Of a stretch of 15,237 bases of DNA, positions 1-7,046 are shown piece after piece. Origin of the DNA: Acidobacteriota bacterium. Its GTDB lineage: Bacteria; Acidobacteriota; UBA6911; JACQSX01. The notes under the pieces were generated by a model that did no database searches, was not told where the DNA came from, and was given only the letters and a program-made list of their open reading frames with translations. Made by a program: the position numbers and the translations under genes. The stretch is from NCBI GenBank assembly GCA_036507075.1, contig DASXQR010000120.1:1-15237 (forward strand). Reading direction: 5' to 3'. Position 1 is the first letter of the stretch. Each line of letters begins with the position of its first letter.

Positions 1-173
1 GGCCCGCTTTCCGTGGGGTACTCTTCGATCGCGCAGCGGTTGTAAACGCGGAGGGGTTTCGAGGAATCGAACTTGTTCTCGGGAACGATGCGCCAACCGG
101 CATCGGTAAGCCGTTTGTCGATGAGTTGTTTTCGGGTGAGTCTTTCCGAGTTTTTAGGCGAAGCCTGCAGCAT
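1..173 (-). CDS. hsdR: Type I restriction-modification endonuclease R subunit, N-terminal fragment (runs off the window)
   Basis: Not in the ORF track. Manual translation from ATG at 173 gives MLQASPKNSERLTRKQLIDKRLTDAGWRIVPENKFDSSKPLRVYNRCAIEEYPTESG(P), which matches the HsdR N-terminal pattern E-x-x-TR...ID..L..AGW...EEYPT..GP(ADY). Confidence 0.75.
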   Translation of the reverse strand, partial: MLQASPKNSERLTRKQLIDKRLTDAGWRIVPENKFDSSKPLRVYNRCAIEEYPTESG

Positions 174-295
174 CTCTAAATTTCCGGTTCATTATTGGTT
201 AATAAGGCCGGGCCTGCTGTGAAACAAGCGACACAATCGCCTTGATGCTCGATTCTTCGAATATGTGCTACCATCAGCTCGCTGCTGCCTAGGCT

Positions 296-1000
296 ATGAA
301 GGGAGATATTAAATTCTACGGAAACCAAGATGCCAGGGAAATGCCGACGTATGGAATCACGGAGGCCGCGCATTACCTTTCTGTCCCGTTTGCCACCCTC
401 CGGTCATGGGGCGTCGGTCGATGCTATCCAACTGCGTCGGAAAAGAAATTCTTTAAGCCTCTGATTATTCTACCCGACAGAAGCCAGCCTCTGCTTTCTT
501 TCATGAACCTTGTGGAGGCTCACATCCTTAACGCTATCTGCAAAAAACACAATGTGGCCTTGCCCAAGGTTCGAGTGGCCATCAATTACCTTTCAAAGGA
601 ATTGAGTTCCAAGCATCCCCTGGCAGACGAGAAACTGAGAACCGACAGCATTGATCTGTTCATTGAAACGTTTGGCAAATTGATCAACCTTTCTGCGAAT
701 GGCCAATTGGCCATTCGAGAGTTCCTTGAAAGCCATCTTCAAAGGATTGAGCACGATTCTGACGGTTTGGCTGCGAGGCTCTATCCCTTCACTCGAACAA
801 ACGGAACGAATGATCCCAAAGTAGTCGTCATCGATCCTTACGTTTCGTTTGGCAAGCCTGTTTTAACAGGTACTGGTATTCCTACCGCCATTGTGACTGA
901 GCGGTATAAAGCTGGAGAGTCGATGGATGAACTGGCAGACGACTATGGGCTCCCACGACTCCAAATCGAAGAAGCGCTCCGCTACGAACTCGCCGCCTGA
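296..1000 (+). CDS. VapB45/Rv2018-like antitoxin: N-terminal HTH plus C-terminal DUF433
   Basis: 234 aa ORF. N-terminus has PTYGITEAAHYLSVPFATLRSW and LLSFMNLVEAH; C-terminus has the DUF433 motif VVIDPYVSFGKPVLTGTGIPTAIVTERYKAGESMDELADDYGL..IEEALRYE. A PIN-toxin remnant overlaps its 3' end. Confidence 0.88.
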   Translation: MKGDIKFYGNQDAREMPTYGITEAAHYLSVPFATLRSWGVGRCYPTASEKKFFKPLIILPDRSQPLLSFMNLVEAHILNAICKKHNVALPKVRVAINYLSKELSSKHPLADEKLRTDSIDLFIETFGKLINLSANGQLAIREFLESHLQRIEHDSDGLAARLYPFTRTNGTNDPKVVVIDPYVSFGKPVLTGTGIPTAIVTERYKAGESMDELADDYGLPRLQIEEALRYELAA

Positions 1001-1182
1001 GCCTGTTTCCTTTATCGACCGCTCGTTAGGTAAGCACGTGATCGCTGGGGTACTTCGGAAAAGCTCTGCCGCGGATGAAGCGACTGGCTGTAAAACATCA
1101 AGGTCCCTTCATCGCAAAGGTCTACAGAGATGGGTCAGTTTCAATGTGGAAAATTTTCGGGAAGGGAATGGAACCAAGCTAG
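945..1182 (+). pseudogene. VapC45-like PIN toxin, internally deleted and frameshifted
   Basis: The frame from ATG 945 gives MGSHDSKSKKRSATNSPPEPVSFIDRSLGKHVIAGVLRK, the family N-terminus (F-I-D-R-S-L-G). From 1063 a different frame gives ALPRMKRLAVKHQGPFIAKVYRDGSVSMWKIFGKGMEPS*, the family C-terminus (PFIAKV..DG). The central PIN core is absent. Confidence 0.72.
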
Positions 1183-1343
1183 AGAGTTCAGAAATATGGC
1201 GGGGTCGAAGGTCGCAGGAGAGGTAAGAAGAAAAAGAGGACAAAAGCTTCAAGGACAACGTAGCATTGTCAAACCCGAGCCTCTTTGGCGGAGGCAAGAG
1301 AGAATTTCGAGATCAGGAAATTTTCGAAGGAAAGTACTGGTCT

Positions 1344-1669
1344 CTAACGAGGGCGACGAGCTAACAACCGCTTACGAATCCCCTCCGGATCGCATCGAGA
1401 TTCGTTCAGTTTGCGGATTTTGGCCGCTTGCTTCTGCCGCTGGCGCAGATAGGCTTCGACCTCTTCACGCGCCGCAGATAATAGCCGATCACAGCGTAAA
1501 TGTCGGCGAGTTTCAGCGAAGGGTACTGATGGACGATCTCCTCCGCTGTTGCTCCTTCCTCAAAAGCAGTCACAACCGTGTCCAGTGTCACGCGAGTTCC
1601 GCCAACGCGGACCACGCTGCCAGCATCTGTCGCCAAAGGGACCGGTTCAATTCCAATCACGAGAGTCAT
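1344..1669 (-). pseudogene. DUF433 family antitoxin-like gene with a 1-bp frameshift near 1470
   Basis: The ORF track gives VVRVGGTRVTLDTVVTAFEEGATAEEIVHQYPSLKLADIYAVIGYYLR (DUF433). After CGG-CG-CGT (1474-1467) a shifted frame continues REEVEAYLRQRQKQAAKIRKLNESRCDPEGIRKRLLARRPR* with the stop at 1344-1346, a typical tail for this subfamily. Could be a sequencing indel. Confidence 0.75.
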
Positions 1670-1680
1670 GGTTGGTAGCT

Positions 1681-1724
1681 ACCTTCCGACCGTTATTATA
1701 GGGTTGTCGGTGGCTCGCTGCCAG
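1681..1724 (-). promoter_or_regulatory. Putative sigma70 promoter/operator and RBS of the DUF433 gene
   Basis: Minus-strand TATAAT at 1695-1700 and a weak -35 CTGGCA at 1719-1724 (18 bp spacer). A short inverted repeat CCGAC (1686-1690)/GTCGG (1706-1710) flanks the -10. GGAAGGT RBS-like sequence at 1681-1687. Confidence 0.4.
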
Positions 1725-1810
1725 TTTTCTGTGTCCTGCCGGGCTCCCGGCACCTTACCCGAATTTGAATGGCCTTCTCGACCATTCGCCAAGACCAAGC
1801 AAACGTCTGC

Positions 1811-2188
1811 CTATGACCCATAAAAGCGAACATTAGAGATAAGGTCCGCCCATCCCCGCACTGCTTGAGGAGCGGAACTCTGGGAGGAAACTGTTTCAAG
1901 ATAACCCCTGTCTCGTTTGGAGACTTTGTTACGTCTCAAGAAGATTTTCAGCGACTGACGTGACAAGGCCTCCGACAACGCCAGTTCTGTGTCCTCTTCT
2001 CCCAAAAGGTAGGAAGTAGAGACCTCCAAAGCCGCAGCAATCCTCTGGAGCGTGTCAACTTTAGGAGTTCGCATTTGCTTTTCCAGAAGACTAATCGCTG
2101 ATGCACTCAAACCAGCCATAGTTGCCAGTTCCTGACTGCGGAGGCGCTTATGCTCCCGGATCTGTCTGATGCGCTGATTTACAATCAT
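1811..2188 (-). CDS. XRE/Cro-CI family HTH transcriptional regulator
   Basis: RIRQIREHKRLRSQELATMAGLSASAISLLEKQMRTPKVDTLQRIAAALEVSTSYLLGE is a canonical HTH_3 domain, followed by a ~60 aa C-terminal extension. Confidence 0.9.
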   Translation of the reverse strand: MIVNQRIRQIREHKRLRSQELATMAGLSASAISLLEKQMRTPKVDTLQRIAAALEVSTSYLLGEEDTELALSEALSRQSLKIFLRRNKVSKRDRGYLETVSSQSSAPQAVRGWADLISNVRFYGS

Positions 2189-2196
2189 TCAATTTG

Positions 2197-2247
2197 ATTT
2201 TACATGACGTATATTTTTCTTGACAATTGAAAATAAAAATTTACAGT
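2197..2247. promoter_or_regulatory. Overlapping divergent sigma70-like promoters between the XRE gene and pyrE
   Basis: Plus strand: TTGACA 2220-2225, 16 bp spacer, TACAGT 2242-2247. Minus strand: TTGTCA 2221-2226, 18 bp spacer, TAAAAT 2197-2202, ending 8 nt before the XRE ATG. The segment is very AT-rich. Confidence 0.5.
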
Positions 2248-2342
2248 TGTCGAGAGGATTTGTGGCTTTGAAAAACAGAAACCATCTCTCGGTAGAGCAA
2301 AATATCCGTGATATCTTGACGCTATCCACGTCGGAACCTGCT

Positions 2343-2960
2343 ATGAGCTACCGCGACACCCTCATGAAGCTACTGGCCCGCAAATCCCTGGTCCGGGGCC
2401 GGATAACTCTGTCCTCGGGTTCCGTCAGTGACTACTATTTCGACTGCAAGCTGACGACTCTCGACCCAGAGGGCGCGGTTCTGACTGGCTATGCCTTTTT
2501 GGAGTTACTGCGCGAGCAGCAGATTACAGCAGACGCCGTGGGTGGCCTCACGATGGGCGCAGATCCGATTGTTTCCGCCATTGTCGTGATTAGCCAGGTT
2601 CAGGGAAAGCCTTTGCCGGGTTTCTTGATTAGAAAAGAGCGCAAGGGGCATGGACGGGAAAAATGTGTCGAGGGATTTGAGGGGGCCAAAGGGGCCAAAG
2701 TTGTGATCGTGGATGAAGTCTGCACGACTGGCGGCTCAATTATCGAAGCGATCGAGATAGCGCAAGCAGAGAGATTCGATATTGTGGCAGTCGTGAGCCT
2801 GGTGGATCGAGAAGAGGGCGGATCTGAGAAGCTTAAGCAGAATTACAACTACCACGCCCTTTTCACTGCAAATGAACTGTTGAGAGAAAATGAGCGGTTC
2901 GCGAGAACAGCTCGCGACACTTCGCACACTGCTGAATCGAAAACTCCAATCCACCGCTGA
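2343..2960 (+). CDS. pyrE: Orotate phosphoribosyltransferase (type I PRTase)
   Basis: Motifs GRITLSSGSVSDYYFDCK, VGGLTMGADPI, catalytic loop IRKERKGHG, PRPP loop VVIVDEVCTTGGS and VSLVDREEGG. Start placed at ATG 2343 because the upstream TTG at 2220 lies in the promoter. Confidence 0.88.
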   Translation: MSYRDTLMKLLARKSLVRGRITLSSGSVSDYYFDCKLTTLDPEGAVLTGYAFLELLREQQITADAVGGLTMGADPIVSAIVVISQVQGKPLPGFLIRKERKGHGREKCVEGFEGAKGAKVVIVDEVCTTGGSIIEAIEIAQAERFDIVAVVSLVDREEGGSEKLKQNYNYHALFTANELLRENERFARTARDTSHTAESKTPIHR

Positions 2961-3048
2961 TCTAAAGAAAGCTGCGTCGGTTTGCCGCACACTGACCAGG
3001 GGGCAGGAATACCTGTCAGCGTCCTGTGTAATTCTTCACATCGAAACT

Positions 3049-3516
3049 TCACGCGTGATGGTCGACGGAAGAGACTTGGACGGTCAAATTGTCCGGGTCG
3101 GGGAAATAAATCCGGTCTGTACCCTGGGGCCGACGGGGATTGAGGCCCTGCCGCTTCAGTTCTTCCATAACCGCGTCCGGGCTGAAATTTTCGATGGAAA
3201 TGCAGTAGTGATCGAGTCCCGGGCTCTGATTTTGGAACAGCGTCAAGAAGTTCTTTCCCAGGCCGAGAAAGCAATCGCGGTCGGACTCGTGCAAGACCGG
3301 CATGGCAAAATGCTTCTGATAGAAATCTCTTGAACGTCGCACATCGGTGACGCGCAGCGCGACGTGGTTGATTGCCGCACCACGAAATGTGGAGCCGGAC
3401 AGAAAACTGCTGCCGGCTCCGGCCGCGGCAGTACCTGCCAGAAGCCGAATCAATTCCCGGCGGCTCAACTTTCCCTGCTCATAGTTGTCCAGAAGCTTTG
3501 AGAGAATTTTTTGCAT
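3049..3516 (-). CDS. VOC/glyoxalase-family protein with twin-arginine-like N-terminus
   Basis: GAAGGAGGT RBS before ATG 3516. SRRELIRLLAGTAAAGAG leader, then VOC motifs INHVALRVTDVRRSRDFYQKHF, LDHYCISI and IYFPDPDNLTVQV. Confidence 0.85.
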   Translation of the reverse strand: MQKILSKLLDNYEQGKLSRRELIRLLAGTAAAGAGSSFLSGSTFRGAAINHVALRVTDVRRSRDFYQKHFAMPVLHESDRDCFLGLGKNFLTLFQNQSPGLDHYCISIENFSPDAVMEELKRQGLNPRRPQGTDRIYFPDPDNLTVQVSSVDHHA

Positions 3517-3648
3517 CGTCGACCTCCTTCGTGATTGTGACCCGGTTCCCATAGTCTCGCGCGAAAGAATCAGCGCGTACGCCGGGCGTCCGGACATTCG
3601 CTGTAAATCCGATACTGGCTGATTGTACCTCATCGTCATAAATCTCCA

Positions 3649-3751
3649 GCGGCTCTGCCGCCTTTCCTCTGGCGGCGAAGCTCTGCTTCGCCCTGAGACG
3701 GCCCTCAGGCCGTCTCTCCCGCTCCCAAAAATGTAGAAATCCGCCTTCTAC
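3649..3751. repeat. Cluster of short GC-rich hairpins (REP-like; may also terminate the TRAP transcript)
   Basis: GCGGC-TCT-GCCGC (3649-3661), GGCGAAGC-TCT-GCTTCGCC (3674-3692), GAGACGGCC-CTCA-GGCCGTCTC (3695-3716) and GTAGAA..TTCTAC (3733-3751), all directly downstream of the dctQM stop. Confidence 0.65.
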
Positions 3752-5608
3752 TCAGTTGCCCAACCAGCGCGGCAGCGTGGTAGTGAGCGGGGGGATGTAT
3801 GTGATCAGCAGAACGGCGCAAAGCAATACCAGAAGCGGCGGAACAATGGAGCGGCAAACTTCCGACAGCGGCTTCTTGAATCGATACGACGAAAGAAACA
3901 AATTCATGCCTACGGGCGGTGTGAGGAAGCCGAGCTCGAGATTGGCCAGGAAGATAATTCCGAGATGGACAGGATCTATGTTAAAAGCCGCTCCGATGGG
4001 AACGATGATGGGGACCACAATCACAATCGCCGAGAAGATATCCATCAGGCAGCCGACCACCAAAAGAAAGAGATTCAGCAGCAGAAGAAACAGGTACCGG
4101 GAGTGAATCGACGCTGTTACCCAGGCGACCGCGCGGGCCGGTATTTCTGCGTCCACAAGATAGTTGGTAAAGCCAAGCGCCACTCCCAGGATTAAAAGCA
4201 CGCCCCCGACGACCAGCCCGCACTCAGTACCGACGGCAATTACTTCCTTCGGCGACCGAAAGTCGCGATAAATGAAGGTCTCTACAATGAACGCGTACAG
4301 CGCCGTGACCGCTGAGGCTTCAACCGGCGTCGCCAGTCCGCTGAACAGAGCGGCGAAAGCCACCACCGGAAGAAGCAGCTCCCATTTTGCGCGCCACAGC
4401 GCCCGGGCGGCGGCCGCCTTGTCGAATGATCGCCGACCCGGGGCAACTTTCGGACCTTGCAGCACTCCCCACCACGCGGTCATACCCACCATCAGGAGCC
4501 CGGGAAAGATTCCGCCCAGGAACATCTGCTTCATCGTGGTTTTCGAAATGATGGCATAAAGAATGATAGGAAGGCACGGCGGGAAGAGCAGTCCCAGAGA
4601 ACCTGCGCTCGTTAACAGTCCGAGCGCAGTCTTCTCGCTATAGTGCGCCGCAAGAAGAACGGGCATAAGCAGTCCACCGAGGGCAAGGATCGTCACCCCG
4701 GAGGCGCCCGTAAAGGTGGTAAAGAACGCGCACACAAGCACTGTCACAATTGCAGGACCTCCGTGAAAGTTTCCGAAGAGTGCTTGAAAAACCGCCACCA
4801 GCCGTTTTGAAGCGCCACCTTCTGCCAGAAAATATCCGGCGAGCGTAAAGAGCGGAATCGTCGGCAGCGAAGGATTGGTAACCAGGCTGTACTGCGCTAC
4901 CGGAAGCGCGGCGATTGGAATTCGCGCCCCCCAGAACAAAATCAGAGCAATGCCTCCCAACGTGGTAAAAACCGGCGCCCCGGCAAGCGTCGCGATCAAC
5001 AGAACAATCATTGCGGGCACAACCAGAGTTGACGGCTGCAGCGGAGGTTTTATGGCGACCAGGCCGGTTATCACTACAAGCAATGCGGCAATGGCGCGGC
5101 CTTTCCATCGAGCTGACGAGTGCCACAGGAGTCGAAGGACCAGAATAGCGAAGCCAAACGGGAGCAGCGCTTCGGCAGCCCAGACAGGAATATGGTAGGC
5201 AAGAATCTTCCCATTTTCGCTTTCTGCGACGACAAATTGGATGCCGGCAATGCAGAGGCAAAGAGAGATACCTGCAGCAACAGCGCCGCTAAACATTCGC
5301 GCCGCGCTTCGCAATACCGGGGGCAGCAGGGTGTCAGCAGAGGAAAGCGAGAGCAGTCGACGTTCCCGCGCGGCGATCGCCCCACCCACCATGGCCACGA
5401 CGAGCGAAAGATGCTGCGTCAACGCGCCCGCGCCCTGGATTCCCCCTCGGACAGATGCCCGAAGCACAATCTCGATCAGCGGGATCAATACCATCGCAGC
5501 CAGCGCCAGCGAGAGCAGAGCGTCTTCAATGCGGCAGTAGAATGGGCGTTTCGCGGCGCTTTCCCGAAAAGGGCCGCCGGTCGGGTCAACCAAGGTGTCT
5601 GCAGTCAT
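3752..5608 (-). CDS. dctM: TRAP transporter fused small+large permease (DctQM)
   Basis: 618 aa, highly hydrophobic. N-terminal ~4-TM DctQ-like part, then DctM motifs IPLFTLAG, GSLGLLFPPCLPIILY, ATPVEAS, IDPVHLGIIFLANLELGFLTPPVGMNLF. Confidence 0.93.
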   Translation of the reverse strand: MTADTLVDPTGGPFRESAAKRPFYCRIEDALLSLALAAMVLIPLIEIVLRASVRGGIQGAGALTQHLSLVVAMVGGAIAARERRLLSLSSADTLLPPVLRSAARMFSGAVAAGISLCLCIAGIQFVVAESENGKILAYHIPVWAAEALLPFGFAILVLRLLWHSSARWKGRAIAALLVVITGLVAIKPPLQPSTLVVPAMIVLLIATLAGAPVFTTLGGIALILFWGARIPIAALPVAQYSLVTNPSLPTIPLFTLAGYFLAEGGASKRLVAVFQALFGNFHGGPAIVTVLVCAFFTTFTGASGVTILALGGLLMPVLLAAHYSEKTALGLLTSAGSLGLLFPPCLPIILYAIISKTTMKQMFLGGIFPGLLMVGMTAWWGVLQGPKVAPGRRSFDKAAAARALWRAKWELLLPVVAFAALFSGLATPVEASAVTALYAFIVETFIYRDFRSPKEVIAVGTECGLVVGGVLLILGVALGFTNYLVDAEIPARAVAWVTASIHSRYLFLLLLNLFLLVVGCLMDIFSAIVIVVPIIVPIGAAFNIDPVHLGIIFLANLELGFLTPPVGMNLFLSSYRFKKPLSEVCRSIVPPLLVLLCAVLLITYIPPLTTTLPRWLGN

Positions 5609-5651
5609 TGATTGCCGCTGGACTTAACATGTGTATCGCTGGCGCCCGACG

Positions 5652-5899
5652 CCACCGGGCTTGGAACGTGAGAAGAAATCGAAGAGGACTTGCGGCTTTG
5701 CCGCCCATCGTGCGAAAAGGCTCTGCCTTTCCGGGCGATGCCCTCCATCCTTTCTCCGCAAACCGAGGCTGGGCCTCGGTTTGCGGAGATAGGAAGAATG
5801 TGAAGAATGGGCTGCCGGAAAGGCAGAGCCTTTCCGCACGATGGGCGGCAAAGCCGCAACTTGAGTCACCAATTTTTTCTCACGTTCTTGCCCCGGTGG
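5652..5899. repeat. ~250 bp nested imperfect palindrome (REPIN/MITE-like)
   Basis: 45-bp arms 5690-5734 / 5815-5859 with one mismatch. Central 17-bp perfect stem 5753-5769 / 5773-5789 with a TGG loop. Outer arms GAACGTGAGAAGAAAT (5664-5679) vs 5872-5887 match 15/16, and CCACCGGG (5652-5659) pairs with 5892-5899. Confidence 0.88.
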
Positions 5900-5963
5900 T
5901 GAGGACGATTCTTCACTACGAAATGCAGCCAAGAATACTTCACCACCACCGGCAATTCATCCG

Positions 5964-7046
5964 TTACAGTCCAGTAGGGGGCTGGGGATGCGCTCTGTAC
6001 TCTGCCAGCAGACGCTCTACCTGATCGAACGTTTTGGCCGGCACCAACGATCCGCGAATCATCGGATAGGCAGCCTGTGCGGCCCGGCGCCATTCCAGTT
6101 CAATGTCCGGTGTTACAGGATGAACGATCAGGCCGCGTTTTTTCATCGCTTCTACGGCCTTCGTGTTTTCGTCCCGCGACTGCGATCGCATTTGTTGCCC
6201 TGCTTCATCTGCCGCGTTGCGCATGATCTCGCGTGTAGCAGGCGCAATCTCGCTCCATGCTTTCTTGCTGATGACGACTCCACCGACCAGCGGGGTCCAG
6301 TTCAACTCCAGCATGTGGGGCGCCATGACAAAAAATTGGCCCGCCAGCGCTATGAACGGCGCGGTCGGAATCGTGGTAATCATTCCCTGCTGGATACCCG
6401 GAAGAATGTCAGCCGTTTCAAGTGAGACCGGCTGGTATCCTTCGTGCTTGTAGATCGCCATGGCATACGTGTCCCCCGACCACACCCAGATCTTTGTTTT
6501 CTTAAGGTCGGCCGGGCGGATCACAGGCTGCTTGGAAAAGAATCTCACCCAACCCGCGTCTCCCCAGAAAAGGACCACAAACCCTTTGTCGAGCATGCCC
6601 TTTTCCAATTCGGGCTGAAGCTTGCGGCGAACGTACTCGACTTCGTCCAGCGATCGAAACATCATAGGCATGTACTGAAGCGCACCAACGGCAGGATCTA
6701 TTTCAGTCAGCCCCACGACGGTGAGCATGCCGGCTTGGATCTGCCCCACCCTTATCCGGCGCACCGTCTCCGCCTCTCCGCCCATGGCGCCGTCCGGGTA
6801 AACGGTCAACGAAACACCTCCCGGGGCCTTACGCCACTTCTCGCCCATTTGCAGCAGCACTTGATGGTATGAGGAACCCCTCGGCGCGAGCGTGCCGAGT
6901 TTGATTACGAGCGGCTGCTGTGCCAGTGACAGGGAGAAGTGCACCACGAAAATCGCCAGCAGCAGGAGCAGTTCCGCCCGGCGTGCCTTAGATTTGCGTA
7001 ACAGAGGCGCATTATCAGGGTTGCGCTGCATGGATGACATAATCAC
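5964..7046 (-). CDS. dctP: TRAP substrate-binding protein DctP, TPAT (TatP-T) type
   Basis: Signal-peptide-like LLLLAIFVVHFSLSLAQQ, then IKLGTLAPRGS, YPDGAMGGEAETVRRIRVGQIQAG, LFWGDAGWVRFFSK. The start overlaps the tatT stop (GTGA at 7043-7046); ATG at 7040 is an alternative start. Confidence 0.9.
   Translation of the reverse strand: MIMSSMQRNPDNAPLLRKSKARRAELLLLLAIFVVHFSLSLAQQPLVIKLGTLAPRGSSYHQVLLQMGEKWRKAPGGVSLTVYPDGAMGGEAETVRRIRVGQIQAGMLTVVGLTEIDPAVGALQYMPMMFRSLDEVEYVRRKLQPELEKGMLDKGFVVLFWGDAGWVRFFSKQPVIRPADLKKTKIWVWSGDTYAMAIYKHEGYQPVSLETADILPGIQQGMITTIPTAPFIALAGQFFVMAPHMLELNWTPLVGGVVISKKAWSEIAPATREIMRNAADEAGQQMRSQSRDENTKAVEAMKKRGLIVHPVTPDIELEWRRAAQAAYPMIRGSLVPAKTFDQVERLLAEYRAHPQPPTGL

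Noticed and set aside
1197..1212. TGGCGGGGTCGAAGG, resembling a reverse tRNA 3' end or att site
   Set aside because: No T-arm or acceptor-stem geometry and no second copy in the window.
927..1226. 99-aa ORF as an intact gene
   Set aside because: Better explained as a toxin N-terminus reading into the wrong frame after a deletion.
1130..1823. Plus-strand ORFs 1130..1678 and 1578..1823
   Set aside because: Antisense shadows of the DUF433 gene with no recognisable motifs.
2220..2342. 41-aa N-terminal extension of PyrE from TTG 2220
   Set aside because: The TTG is part of a TTGACA -35 box and the extension is not PRTase-like.
3517..3639. N-terminal extension of the VOC ORF
   Set aside because: A strong GAAGGAGGT RBS supports the ATG at 3516.
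5690..5859. Possible CRISPR array
   Set aside because: The repeats are inverted rather than direct, there are no spacer-separated copies, and no cas genes are present.
5455..6093. ORFs crossing the dctP-dctQM gap that share peptides such as AALPPIVRKGSAFP on both strands
   Set aside because: The shared peptides are a by-product of the DNA palindrome, not evidence of proteins.
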